Positions 24,496 to 37,290 of a DNA stretch of 64,000 bases are shown in pieces. The position numbers and the translations under genes are program-made. The notes below the pieces were generated by a model. It saw only the letters and a list, made by a program, of their open reading frames with translations, made no database searches and was not told the origin of the DNA. How positions within the stretch are numbered: the stretch's first letter is position 1; every line of letters starts with the position of its first letter. Source of the DNA: Vicugna vicugna (taxonomy: Eukaryota); contig MU058059.1 of the NCBI GenBank assembly GCA_013265495.1, forward strand, positions 2,207,502 to 2,271,501, read 5' to 3'.

Positions 24496-25299
24496 TTCAG
24501 ATCATTGCTGTCACCAGAACACAAATTATGTGACAATCTTGATTATGGTAACATATGAGTGATTTTACTAAAATAAAGGGAAAACCAAATTTAGGTAATA
24601 AGTGGATAATAATGAGTGAATTATGTATGTCTTTATTACTTATCCGTACAGCCAGACTATCAACAGAAGAATGTAGAAATGTGTACTGACGTATTCCATT
24701 GTCTTTGATAGTTTGCTGATTTTTGTCTTACGACAACTATAGGCTTTCTTATCTTTCAATATTGTTGTCTTTGTCGAGGAATGAAGATACAACATATGAT
24801 CGTTTTCTAGCTTGACTGATAACTATGCAGTATTTAGATATATGATGGGGGGCTGGCCTGACTGCCCCCCAACTCTGGTCAGCCTTTCTGCCAATGTCAC
24901 TATTATCCTCAGAGAGACAGGAGTGTCATGTGGTTGGACTTAAAAAAAAAAAAAGGCAAAACAATTCCCCTGCTGGGAAAAAAAAAGTAAAATTCCCCAT
25001 AGGGAGGGTCCCTGCAGCAGCCCTTCCTTAGAGGAAGTCCAATCCATTCATTGTGAATAGAGGCTTTTCATGTGGGCTCAATCCTGCTTTGGCCAGTTAC
25101 CTGTAATAAACAGTAGTTGTCTGAATTGCAAGGAAAGAAGCTGCTGGCAAAAACCCCATCACTGTCTGCAATGTGGATTGCAGGCTAATAAGGGTAGATT
25201 TGGCTTAACACAGTAATGTTTAGAGCACAGAGATAATGGAAATTCATTGGCCCTCCCACTGAGCTTTAAGTAACGGGAAGAAGGGACAGGGTGTATTCA

Positions 25300-25666
25300 G
25301 GTTACCAGGGTAACAGCAGAGAGTCCCTGCAGGGCTTTCTTCTGTGGGTGCAGGGACATCTCTTAGTGCAGTGGCCTGCCATGCCTCCCCCCCAGCCACC
25401 TCACACTTTTCCTCGCCCCTGGCAGCTCCAGCTCTCAGCCTGTTGTTCCACACTTTCTCCCTGAGGCCCCCAGGGGAGTGAGTTCTAGTTACCCACAGTG
25501 GTAACCTGCTCATCCATATACCCTATATTGAATTTCCCCCCCTCTTACTTTCCCATTCCTCTTGTATTGCTTCCTGGGGTTACTTTCCCAATAAAACCTT
25601 AAACCCACTTACACTTAAACCCTTATTACCTCCAGGCCTGTTTCTGAGGGAGTCCAGCCTAAGACA
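25300..25666 (+). mobile_element. ERVL LTR33/LTR16-group solo LTR
   Basis: 3' end 'cccacagtggtaacctgctc...tgcttcctggggttactttcccaataaaacc...ctgtttctgaggggagtccagcctaagaca'. Left boundary approximate. Confidence 0.65.
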
Positions 25667-27479
25667 ACCTATAGCACATAGCATAGTGCCTGGCATATAT
25701 ATGGCCTTAATAGATATTTGCTGAAAGAATTCACATACTTTGCAAGTGAAATCCTACCCTAACATTGGCTTCTTCCTCCAACTTGAAGTTACTCAGAAGG
25801 AAAATGTCTAGTTTGATTTCTGCCTCCTTATCTGTGGCCTCCTCCCATCTACTAACATAAAAGCTCTATTGGAAAGCATATTACCATCCGAAAAAGGCAA
25901 ATCTGGGTACATTGGCTGTGCGTGCAGGACCTCAGCGCTGGGAAAGCCCAGGTTGCAGACCCTCAGTGCCCATCTGTGGAGGCATGTGACTCCTTTTGCA
26001 ATCAAAACAAGGCTCAACAAGTACATGTTTGGGAGAAGCAGTGGAATGGTGGAAGTTCGCGGTGTTCAGAAGTAAATGATTAATATTAGCGCCTTTTAAA
26101 GAGCATTTATGATAAGGATCTAATAAGTGGAATTCCTGAAGAAGGAGGAGCTCTTGGTTGGGGCACCAAAGCAAGAGTCCTCCAGGCCTTCAGTTTGCCC
26201 TGGGGAGGTGACAGCTGTGACATAACCTTGCTTATGGGTTCTAGGGTCCTCTGGAGACAGGGTCGAGGGGAGGGTGGGACCAGTGCACTAGGCCTATGTA
26301 AGGACCGGGTGGGAGCAGCGCAGAGAGCCCCGGCACACCTGCGTCACGGATTTGCCCTCTTGCCGGTGCCGTGTAGTGCTAGAAGGCACAGTGCCACTCA
26401 CATGGTTAGTTACTTGGTTTCTAATGTAACCTCTTCCCGGGCTTTCTACTGTGTTCAGTTGGCTAGGCCTGGCGCTGACAGCTGTTTGGTGCTGGCTCGA
26501 TGTGCGTATTCCGAGGTCAGACAGAAGGAAGATAGAAGGATCACTTTTTTTTTTCCAATTTTACAAAGTGAACCTCTTTACCGAAGCATTGGAAGCTTTT
26601 TTATTCATTTAATGCAATAGGCATTCCAGACCCCGAATGGTAAATTATGTATTTCAAGACATTATTTGATTACCCACGCCTCCTCCTCCCGCGTTTCCCA
26701 ACACTGCACCAGATGCAGAAATCACAGGTTATGTAGGTCCAAACCCTCCTTTCGGTGTGACCGCCGCCTTCCGTGCTTCGCCCGCGGCTCGCTCGGGCCC
26801 ACCCGGGACGGTGGGGGCGCAATGAAGCGGCAGAGCGTGCGGGTGCGGGGCTCCAGGGACGGGAGGGCGGGTGCCCCGCGGGGCCGGCCAGGAGGCTGGC
26901 GCGCTACGAGGTCGTGGTGCCCACGGCCGCCGCTCCCTCCCGTGGCGCCCGCCAACTTCGCTACGTCCGCGCCCGAGAGAAGCCGGCAGTCCCTCGCAGC
27001 CTCCCGATCTCCCGGCTGGGGTGGCCCGCAGCCGCCAGGGATCGCGGGCCCTGCGGCTCCGGATGCCGCCGGCCCCGCTCGCTGACAGCGTCCGGAGCCG
27101 GGACGGAGCCGCCTCGTCCGCCCGCCGGGCTGCAGGCCGCTGGTCCCGCCCGCCGCTCTCGCAAACTCCTGGTGGCCCGTGACCCGGGACAAACTTCTGG
27201 CCGTGGTGCGGCCCCCCGCGCGCGCGGTTCCCCTCCCGGAAGCCGGCCGCGAAACCGAAGCCGCGGCGTGGCGCGAGGGGAGCGGGTGGGGCAGCCCGGC
27301 CGCCGCTCCCCGCGCAGTGACGCCGCCCCCGCGGCCGCCCCCCGCCCGGCTCCCCCCGAGGCGCCGTGGCCACGGAGCACGGGGCTCGGGCCAGCGGGCC
27401 CGGGTGCTCACGCCCTCTAGTGGGCCGCGGCGGCGCGGGCGGCCGTGACGTGGGCGCTCCCTTCAGCCGGCCTGCGGGG

Positions 27480-27980
27480 CACCGCCAGTCAGTCGGGGAG
27501 CAGGAGCCCCGCGCGCAGCCGGCGCGGGCTCGGCCATCGGCGCGCCGCCGCCCGGGGGCTGGCTCGGCTGCCGGCGTAGAGGCGGCGGGCGGGACGCGCG
27601 CGGCCGCAGCCCCGGCCCCGGCTCCGGCCACTGCGGCGCCTGCGGCTCGGGTCCCGAGTCGGGGAAGGAGAGCGGCGGCGGACGCAGCCGCTGGAACTGA
27701 GGGCGGATTTTGGCTCTGCGGGCGCGCCCTCCGCTCCCTCTGCCAGCCGCGCCAGGTCTGAGCGGGGCCGGCGACAGGGCGGGAGGACCCAGACCCTCTG
27801 CCCCGGCTCGGAGCCGCCGGAGTTCGGACTTCTGCAACTGTTGGCACTTTGGGGGTTTGGCTCTGTTTTTGGCTGTTCACCCGCCTCTTCTCGCCGCCTG
27901 GAAAGCAAAGCTCCCGGCCGCCCTCCGCCCTCGCGCCCACCCAGCGCCACCGGGGAGCGGCCCGGCACGCACTCAGCACC
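27480..27980 (+). other. PTPRM: Probable 5' UTR part of PTPRM exon 1 (transcription start not determinable)
   Basis: No + strand ATG between 27066 and 27980; start codon in good context (agcaccATGA, A at -3). The left coordinate is an estimate. Confidence 0.55.
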
Positions 27981-28053
27981 ATGAGCCGACTTGGTACTTG
28001 CCTGGCGACTTTGGCTGGACTTTTACTAACTGCGGCGGGGGACACGTTTTCAG
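27981..28053 (+). CDS. PTPRM: Receptor-type tyrosine-protein phosphatase mu, coding exon 1 (signal peptide; partial CDS, phase-1 intron follows)
   Basis: Translates to MSRLGTCLATLAGLLLTAAGDTFS+G, matching the recalled human PTPRM N-terminus MRGLGTCLATLAGLLLTAAGETFSG; 73 nt ending CAG|GTAAGC, a canonical donor. Confidence 0.96.
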
Positions 28054-31000
28054 GTAAGCGGGGCCGCGCCTGCCGTGGCCTGGGGCGTGTGGGCCGGAGG
28101 GGGCTCGGGACGCGGGGAGCTCCGCGGGTGGGAGAGCCCGAGCCGGCGTACGGCGGGTCAAAGGAGGGGGCGCGGCGGGCCGGACATGGTGTCTGTCGGT
28201 CCCCTGCGCGGGCGCAGGGCCGGCGAGGAGGGCGAGCACCTAGCGCTCGGGAGGGCCGAGCGGATGAGCCTTGAGCGCTGGCCCCGGAGCCGGGCTCCAA
28301 TCTCGGCCCTCGGCCCTCCGCGGGGTGTCCCCTTCCTCCGTGTCGGAGCGGACGGCGCCACTCGGAGTCCCGGGCCGGCTCCGAGAGCAACAGCAGAAAA
28401 CTTTGCCTGAAGTTCGGAGCTGCAGCCGCCGGCCGCCGGGCGTGGGCGCTGCGCGGTCCTTTCCACCCCGAGTGGCGGCCGGGCCGTGTCGCCGTGCCGG
28501 CTGAGCCCGCGCGATCGCCCGACTTGGCAGCAGCTCCGGTGGCGGCGATCACTCACTCCCTGTCCTGCCGCCGCCCCACCCGTGGCCGCCGTGACCCGGG
28601 CTCGTCCCCGCGGTCGCACGGCAGCCCGGGAGAGCCGAGGCAGCGTCCTCGTCGGTCCCGGCGGGAGGACGAGCGACTAGGAGGGATGACCGGGCCCCAG
28701 CCCTGGGGCCGCCGTGACCCTGCGGCCCCGGGGCTCCACCTCCGCACCTTCGGCCCCGCGGAGCTCCCGGCCACGGGCGATGGTCAGCCTGCCCCGCCGC
28801 CCGCGGTCCCTGGTGGGCAGGAAAGGGAGTGGCGGTGGCTACGAGTGCATGTGAGGGTGCATGTGCCTGCGGCGCGCGGGGCCGTTGGGCCCGGAGAGCT
28901 CCTGGCGGGAGGACGCGGGGACGGGACTCCTGGGTCCGGCGAGGGGCGAGCCCCGCACCGTGTTCCCCGGAGCACACACTTGGATGGACGGCAGCTAGGG
29001 CTTGCACAGTTGCACACTGTATGTCTCGTGGGTATCAGGTTCACTGAGGTCCACACAGAATAGTGGCACTGGGCTTGTTTTCCTTTTAATAAGATGCCTT
29101 AGATTTGACGTTAAGCTTGGGTTTCAAAACAGGGTTCTGTGTTTATTCGGGAGGAATGAGTAAGTTGAACTTTTTTTGCTGAAGGACACTCACACTGACA
29201 GTAAAATGCTTATTTTAAAACATTGGAGACGTTTGCGTTTGGCTGTATGACCTGTGGAAACTTACATCTTGACTTTCCCGGAGCCCGAGGGACACGCAGG
29301 CGCAGAGGCCGAGCCCCGCAAGCTGCTGAGTCGCAGGACCCTTGACCACAGTTGGCCGCCGCCGCTCGCTCAGTGCTGTCAAGTTCAATAGAGAAATACC
29401 CTTTTCCTGAGTTTAATGTGTCCTTAACTGTCTGGTAATTGCACGTGCTCTGGAGGATTTAACAGAATGATGCACTGCTGTCTGCTATAAAATTGATGTG
29501 GATTTTGGCCTGCGTTCTTTCTTATTAGTGAATTATAGAGTAGACTCGCCAGTTTTAGAGCCTTGTAACTCAGTAGTGTTAGAAGCCAAGTATGAGGGCC
29601 TTAGTGATGGTTTTCTCTTTAGTAAGATCCATAGCTCCCTGCCTGGGATTTGTTTCAAGTTAAGCTGTGTCAGAAAGCATTTTGGTGGATTTTTAAGTTG
29701 TGGTCCATTGGATGGAAACAAATATTTATGTAGCTTTTTTAAATGATCGGTGTCTCATCATTAAAAGGGATTTTGGCTGAGGTAGTACTGACCTGTGTCC
29801 TTGTTAAGGCTTATTTAAATTATTCAAGAGACTTAAAATTTTTTTTAAACTAAATTTTAGCCAGATTTTTCTTTTGGAGGATATATATCATTCTATTGGT
29901 TATCATGCCATCAATTGAGCTGTGCCTTTTATTTGGAAAGGCAGAGCTATGCTAGTATGTTAGAGGACAAACAGGAAATGAAGGGCAGTATTCCATAGAG
30001 AGTGCTTAGAAATGATGAAATTAAAAAAAATTGAAGTTGGCAAATTTTGTGTGTGCAAGGATCAGATATGTTGCAGGGCAGTATGCTTTTCCTCTGTACC
30101 TCGAATTTCAGGTAGTATGTGGGTGAGGCACTTAATGCTTTGGAAAAGTCACTTTTTTGTATGTTGGGAAAGTTAGTTGTAATGTTATGAGTGACACTGA
30201 CACTTCTCTTTATAATTCTACTGGTTGAAATACTTGTCAGCTGACATGGGGACCATTTTAGAGCTAGAGGAACTCGACTGTAAGCTGTTTGAGGGCAAAG
30301 TCAGTTGTTTTTCCTTCTTGGTTCCGATAAAATACTTAACATAGAGCTGTAGCCCTAATAGACACTCACTCTTTGTTGAATAAATTACTAATGTGAATCC
30401 TGATTATTTGCAAACATTTAAATTGTACTTACCTGGCAGACAAAAAAGTGAGGGGGAGGAGAGATTATTAGATTGTTAGAGGGGCTTGCATCGTCCCTTC
30501 TTCTGAAATTAACAGTTTCACCACCAGTTCACCTTAGGCTACCCGATGGACTCGGTCATCAGGTTTTATATAATCAGTGGAGTTTTTTGTGTGTACTAAG
30601 ATTTATCCTTTGCTAGTCCTCCTCTGCACCCTCATATCCTGTTTTGGAATGAGTTCAGAATTGATGTGATTGTTGATTAATCATTTCTGGAGGGTGTGAC
30701 ACATAATTTGGATGCCAGACATCAGAAACAGAGTGTGCAACACATTGAGAGAAAAAAGAAAAGAACTTTTTTTTTTGTCCAGGAAGATTTTAATTTATGA
30801 TAAACATTCCACTTTAAAAATCACCTTCCATTTTTACAGTTTCTAATTTGTTAGGCAAAATATGGGATGTTCACTTTCTGCTTTCTATTTAGGCTTTTAT
30901 TGATCATTAAAAATAAGTTTTGTTAAAAGGTATACAAGGAAAATGTGAGGAACAAAGTTAAATCATTTTGCTGCTGCTTGGAATTCTCTTTTCCACAGTG

Positions 31001-32917
31001 AGAAGCCAAATAGCTGGCAAATCATTCCTCTTTGACCCATTTTCTTAAAAGCCAGATCATAGTATATATTACACAACAAAGTGTTTGGTTTTACTTTATA
31101 ATGAGGCTGATGTGTTAGGTTCCGGCAAGCAAGCTTTGGTTCGCAGAAATACAGATACAAACAGAGTGGCCCTTTGTTTCCACTACAGTATTTGGAGGAG
31201 ATTAAACCTTAAAGTATACCTTGTGAACTTGGAGCTCTTATTGAGAAATTTATTCTTTGAAATACTCTTTTAAGGATTTTTGTGGGAAAGCAGCTGAAAT
31301 CTGAAGAGAGGCTGTAATTTAGTTAGTAGCATTGTCCCAGTGTTGAGCTTCTTAGTTTTGGATAATTTGACCCTGATTATGTGAGATTATGACATCACGG
31401 GGAGTCAGGTGAAGCATGTACTTGAAATCTTTTTACTGTTCATGCAACTCTCCTGCAAGTCTAAAATTATTTCAAAATACAAAATTTTAAAGTACACTTT
31501 ATAAAGAGTGTGAATAGATTTGTTGAGCAGTTTGACTTATTGTTTCTTCTGCTGATAACTAGAGTCATGACATTTTACATTTTTGAGGTGCCTAAGCTAG
31601 ACTGATAACGGATCTGATGAAAAGACTGCAAGTTTAAATCAGCGTGCATGACAAAGACACGCCAAGAAATCACATTAATATTTTCAGCGTTATGTGGGTT
31701 TAAAGAAGTATTGTTTGAGCATAATCAATTGTTCTTATCACCTTTCAAAGGGTTACTTTACAGGTTTTAAGTAGAGAGTTTACTTAGGAATAGGATGTAT
31801 GGATAGGTATGTAATTTGAATAATTCTAAATGAACTTTCCTTAATGAACAAGTAACCTGAATTATGTCTTCAGATTATATAAGCATGTATGAGTCAAACA
31901 CAGCCTTGCATTGTGGAAAAAGTTGGTTTTAGAATTTCAGTATTTCTGTGACAACTCTAGAAAAGCTGGTGGCTTTATTTAAAATTGTCATAGTTTCATA
32001 ACAATTGAAATACGTTCTAGGAATTGCTACCTGTGTATATGTTTCAGTTGAGGCACTGTTTTGGATGAAGTGTTGTCTTCTGTCAGTTCTTGTTTTAGGT
32101 TTAGTTTTCTAGAATGATAGTGTATTATCTAAATGTCCTAAGACAGTTTTCAGTTAGAGGTCAGGCACTTTAGTTAGTGGTAACATACTTTTTCAACAGT
32201 AAAGCATTTCTCTTAAAGGTGTTAACTACCATGTTTTTTAATTCTAGGATTCTTTTCTTAGAAAACCAACTTTCTGACAAAATTTTTCAGTCTCATGTAT
32301 CAGTGGGCTTCTTGCCTTTAGGAATCCAACACATTAATAAGCTGATTTTGTAAGTGAGGGAAGGTTTGATCATTCATGTTTTTCAAACTCACTAAGAAAA
32401 TGTTTAAAAAAGATACAAAATAACAAACCTCCCCATATAAGAGGATGCAGCTTCTCGGGTTCCTAAAATACTATACTGGTTTAGCATCAGAAGCCTGAGT
32501 TGACACTGTTGCTCGGAAAAACTCAACAGAGAAAAATAGTAAGTAGGGCTGGTGTTGGTTGGGAGCAGGAGAGCTTTAGTCATCAACCGTGGTCGTCTGT
32601 GGTCCCCCACCGTCCAGGGGCGGCTGGCAAGGCCAGGGCATGGGGACGTGGGAGAGGAAAAGAAAAGAACAGAGGCGTGAGAAGGGAAGGGCTATGTGTG
32701 CTCAGGTGAAAAAACATAGGTTCTGCAGATCCTGGCGGGGGTGGGGGGGGTCACTGCCCGTAACCTCTTCAGGGTGAAATGTACAGAGAGTTAAGGGAGG
32801 ACGATCAGGAGTGACAAATGGGAGGTGGATCAGGCTGACCTCCTGCACTTGAGCGGCTTTAGGTGGCCTTGGGGAGGGCGTTGGGGTACCCAAACGGCGC
32901 TAACAGCCAGCTGTGTT

Positions 32918-33310
32918 TATCCCTGTGCTTCTCAAAGCCGATTGTGCCCGAGGGCCGCCAGGGGTAGTCCTTCCCAGCGCTGGTCTCTATGGCTGGCCAC
33001 GGTGACTCTGCTGTCCGAGGTCCCTGGAGGGTCCCACAGCATCCCCAGGGGATCCTGGTTTGTGACTACATCTTGAGAAACTTTGCTCTAAAAGAGTAGT
33101 TCTTAAAGCATGGTCCCTGAAGCATCACTTAAAGTGGCTTCAGCATCACTCAGGAGCTCGTAGACAGGCAGACTCCTGTCCCCTCCCAGACGGATGGAAT
33201 CAGAAACTCCCCGATGAGAGTTGGGGGTGGTGGGAGCAGCAGTCGCTGCTGGAACCAGCCCTCCAGGAGCTTGGGATGCTGGACAGAGTGTGAGTTCTAA
33301 GAGGACTGAG
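32918..33310. mobile_element. Two adjacent MER5-family hAT-Charlie elements
   Basis: 'ctgtgcttctcaaag...catcttgagaaactttgctcta' then 'gtagttcttaaagcatggtccc...cagcatcactcaggagctcgtagacaggcagactc...gaatcagaaactc...aaccagccctccagg'. Confidence 0.6.
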
Positions 33311-36300
33311 ACCTCCACTTGACAAGAGCTGAAAGGGAACCAGGGCTGAGAATATAACTCACATTCATGCACTTATTAGCCCCTGGTGAACACTGCCAAA
33401 ATCACGAACAGCTGATGTGACGGTGCTGTGATTCTCAGCTTGTTAGACAGAACCGCCAGCGTGACATTTCAAATAATGGTCTTATCTGGGGAAGATATTT
33501 GATCCAGCCAGTTGTAACACTCAAATGAAAAAAGTTTCCTATCGTTTTACTTACCACCATGAAAAGTGTTAATTAAATTTTACACTAATGATTAGCCATT
33601 GGAAATATCTCTGGCTTGATATTGTGTTTAGAAGATATTTGTTAGCTTGGTATCATAAGCACGTAGCCTATTATGTGCTATTAAATTAATGCCTTTAATT
33701 CAAGTGAATGTTTATTGAACACTTACTGTTTGTAAGGCCTCTTTAGGGGGCTGGGAGGCATTGGGGTGGAAATGGGCAAAAATAAGAAAGATATACTTAC
33801 CATACTTTAGATAGTTGTCCAATTATTAAAAGTTTCAAAAGCTACTGAAAATCGAAAGAAGCAAGGACTTTCTTAGGGAACTGGAAATTAATGTGCATAA
33901 AATTTGGAATTTTAATGTGAAAATGTGAAACTTTGCATTTGGAAATGAACTTAACTTCCAAATAGAAAAGAAAAGCTTCTCAATATCTATCTCTTTAAAG
34001 TACTGATGATGTGTGTCCTAAAATCTTCAACATGCATCTCTTCAAAATAGATATTTCAAAAACCGCTCATGGCCTCTCTGTCATTTAACGCTCCAGCTAA
34101 ACAAAAGCAATTGTGACGTCACTTAACAGATTAATCTGGAAAACATTGTCCCCAGGCTTTCAGGGAGTTATTGGCGGGCTGAGTGCTTTCCACGAGGCAG
34201 GTGAGCCTCCAGCTTCTTGCTCCTCCTGCTTTGAGGGACAGCCCATCACCAGGTGACCCACTGGGCAGCGCCAGGGAAGCACAGCCTCATGCAGGGAAGA
34301 CTCCCAGAAGCATTCGCTTACAGCTGCGGGAAGGCACGCTATCGAGTGGACCTTCTTCTGCTTGTAACGCATCATGTAAAGTTAAGTTCTTCAGTTCACT
34401 CTGTTTTAGCTCAGCATTGACCCCAAGACAATGGCAGACTCCTCTGTGATCATCTTTCTCATTTCTTCTTCTTTTTTTTTGGCTGTTATCATAAGTTACT
34501 GCTATTCCGTGTCTAGCAATGGGACTAGAAGAAATCATGTATATCTGCCCACTAACTAACAGTTCATGGTAACCTCTGGGGCCTTCTCCATAGACCCTCT
34601 GGTAGTGGACAAGAAAATTGGCCACGTGCAGGTGTGTGACACAGACATGAGGTGCACATATACCTTCTTGCATCTGCAGGAGACGACTTCTCCAGCATTG
34701 CTGGTTCAGGTGTGTAATTCGGGAAGTCATCCATTTTTCTTCAAACTGAGAAGACTAATGAGTCGTTAAGAACTTCTTCTACGAAGTTCCGGGTGTGGGC
34801 CCTGAGTTGGAGGCGAGGGGAGGGTGGAAGTTCTGCTAGAAAGGCTGTGCCACTTACTTTGGCCCTGGGGCTGCTGTGGTTGGGTGGGGGTAGAGGGAGC
34901 AGAGAAAAACCACCTATGATGATCAATGATCCAGGACCTTCAGCCAGGAGAGGATGGGAGTAGAGGTGTCAGAGACTTGTCAAAGCAGAGAAGTTTTTAG
35001 AATCTCCCTTGGAGGAAAAGATGACCATTTAACAGTGATTTATTTAAAACTACAAAAGCCTAAGCAGAAGCAAAACCTTTTGCTTTTTATGGCCTGCAGA
35101 GCCGGGGGGGGGGAGTGGAAGCTTACAGAGTCAGTTTGTTTTCAGATGGGTGAATATTCATTTTAATCTCCGTCCTACTCAATAGGCAGAAAGCAGATTT
35201 GTGACAGACCATGAAAAGCATATGTTTTAGTTTGGGTTACTTTTGGAAGTCAGAGGCCCCAGGACTTCTTTCTCCCTGGGAATTAAAACAGGGTGTCGGG
35301 TGGGCTTCTGACCCCACGCTGGGGGACTGGAGCACACCCTTTCTGCCGTCCAGTTTTGATGGGTCCTATTTCATCTCTCTTCTCACGTGGAGAAGTTTGA
35401 GTTACTTTAAATCATGTCATAACCACATGCTTGAAGTTACTGTGGTGTTCTCGCTACATAAATATTATAAAATTGTCTACAGCATTCTTTTTAAACTAAA
35501 TACTGATAATGTGTAAAATCAAATTCCTGCACAGTTTTTAGGATGTCATCATCATGTAATAAATGAATAAACTTAATAAATATTTGTTGAATTAATGAAT
35601 AAGTGAATAAAGTTCCCTCAGGGAAGAAAAAACCAAATTACTGATGCTTATTGCTGTTTTTTTTTTCTTTCTTTCAATCAAGTTCAATTTTTCTAAGCAT
35701 TTGTAATAACCTTAACAATAGGCCCAGCTTGTGGGTTTGTGTTCAGTACCCTTAGCAATTCACAGGCGTGTAGAGATTCAGCTGCTAAATTTAAAGCAAA
35801 AAGCATTATCTTTTGTTAATTAAATATGTAAAGGTAAGCCTATAATTTTATCACATATAATAAAAATGTATAAATCAGTTACTGCCATAAAGTAGAATTT
35901 TGGTGTAATACTGATCTCTGAAAAAATGAAATCTACGGTGTGTTAGATTAACCATGTCTCTACTCTAGGTGGATTTGATTTTAGTCACTGGTATATTAAA
36001 AGAACCATGGTAGCACTAGTAAGAGGTTTCCATGGCAGGGAAGACTCTGTATTATCTCCACTGTTTTTATTTCTAATATAGAATGAAATTAATTATACCT
36101 GCACGGAGCTCAGACTTCACCTTACCATCCGCTCATCTCCAGTACTGCAGGCGTGCTCACTGTGGCATTGTCTCAAGTGATGAAAGTTGATAAAAAGAGG
36201 CTGCTTTGACAACAGCCTCGCCATCTGTGTCCTCCACGTGCTTGACTTTTGATACCCAGACCTCTGGCCATGGTGTGACGTCCCTACTGTGGTCATCCCC

Positions 36301-36604
36301 TAGCATTATGTCCTGTGTGTATGTTATGGGGGTCTTGGCACTGTTTTCTCTGTCAGTTACCATTTTCCTCCCATTTGTGTGGCTTTTTAGAGAGGCCCCT
36401 CCCTTTCTTTCCAGCCAGTGGTCAGAGAGCTCCTGTGGAGAGCTCATTGAGCAGTCTGTGTTACTGACCCTCGGAAGGGTTGGGGTGAGGGCCTGGCCAG
36501 TTGCAGGGGGACTAGGACAGGTGGAGGCTGTTGTGGCCCAGACATGAGCTGTGGGGTCCCCTTGGGGGAGGCAAGAAGGGCAGAGGTCCCCTGGCAGATC
36601 AAGT

Positions 36605-36730
36605 GTTCTGATTTGGGATTCTGTGGTCACCACTGAACAGCCATGTGGCCTTGGGCCTGTTTTTAATTTCTCTGAGCCTTAGTTCACTTTTCTGGAAAAA
36701 TACCTTGCAGGATTATTGAAAAGGCTAAAT
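36605..36730 (+). mobile_element. MIR SINE
   Basis: 'cactgaacagccatgtggccttgggcctgtttttaatttctctgagccttagttcacttttctggaaaa'. Confidence 0.6.
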
Positions 36731-37124
36731 AGGTGGACCAATGCCAATGTTAGGAGGTCTGTTGAGGGAGCAGGGCTGTGTCTGTTCAGTCGTGAGGAAG
36801 AGGGGGTCGATCCGCTCTGCCATTGTCCATGTCCTTTGTGGGATTAACCACACCCGCACACTGTTTCCATGTCAGAAAGGGTTGAATATTGACAATTTCA
36901 TGTTGTTCAAGCTCATAGTTCCCCTTTCTGGGTCCCTGGCTTTGATAGCTGAGTTGCCTGGGGGACCTTTGGTGATGTGTATGTAGATGTGGTTATGCAC
37001 ATATGTATGTTATAAACATATGGCCAATATGATGTTTTAAAAGGAAAAAAACCCCCTAAAAGTCACAAAGTGATCACCTCAGAATTGGCACCACCAAAAG
37101 CCAGCACTGCTTCTTACCATGAAA

Positions 37125-37290
37125 GGCAGTGTTGGACATCTGCATTGGAGTCACCTGAAGCTCTTCATAAAAGTGCAGATTCCTGGCCCCACAGCAGTAC
37201 TGAGTCAGTCTCTGGAAGGGGGCCACAGAAACCAGTAAGGAAACACTTCAGATGATCCTGATGCTAATGAAAGTTGAGAGAGTACTGGTA
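37125..37290. mobile_element. MER5-family hAT-Charlie element
   Basis: 'tgcattggagtcacctgaagctcttcataaaagtgcagattcctggccccac...tactgagtcagtctctgga...gatcctgatgctaatgaaagttgagag'. Confidence 0.65.

Larger units (their letters stand above)
26680..29000. promoter_or_regulatory. PTPRM: CpG island promoter of PTPRM
   Basis: About 2.3 kb of very GC-rich, CpG-dense, repeat-free sequence around the first coding exon; GC boxes, TGACGTG (CRE/ATF-like) at 27446-27452, no obvious TATA box. A smaller CpG patch lies at ~29280-29380. Confidence 0.92.

Noticed and set aside
27849..28274. 141-aa ORF as a complete gene
   Set aside because: It contains the real PTPRM exon but reads through the GTAAGC donor at 28054 into the intron and starts at a TTG.
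26666..29063. Many overlapping ORFs of 70-230 aa on both strands in the CpG island
   Set aside because: Low-complexity Ala/Arg/Gly/Pro translations expected from stop-poor GC-rich DNA; only the 24 codons from 27981 match a known protein.
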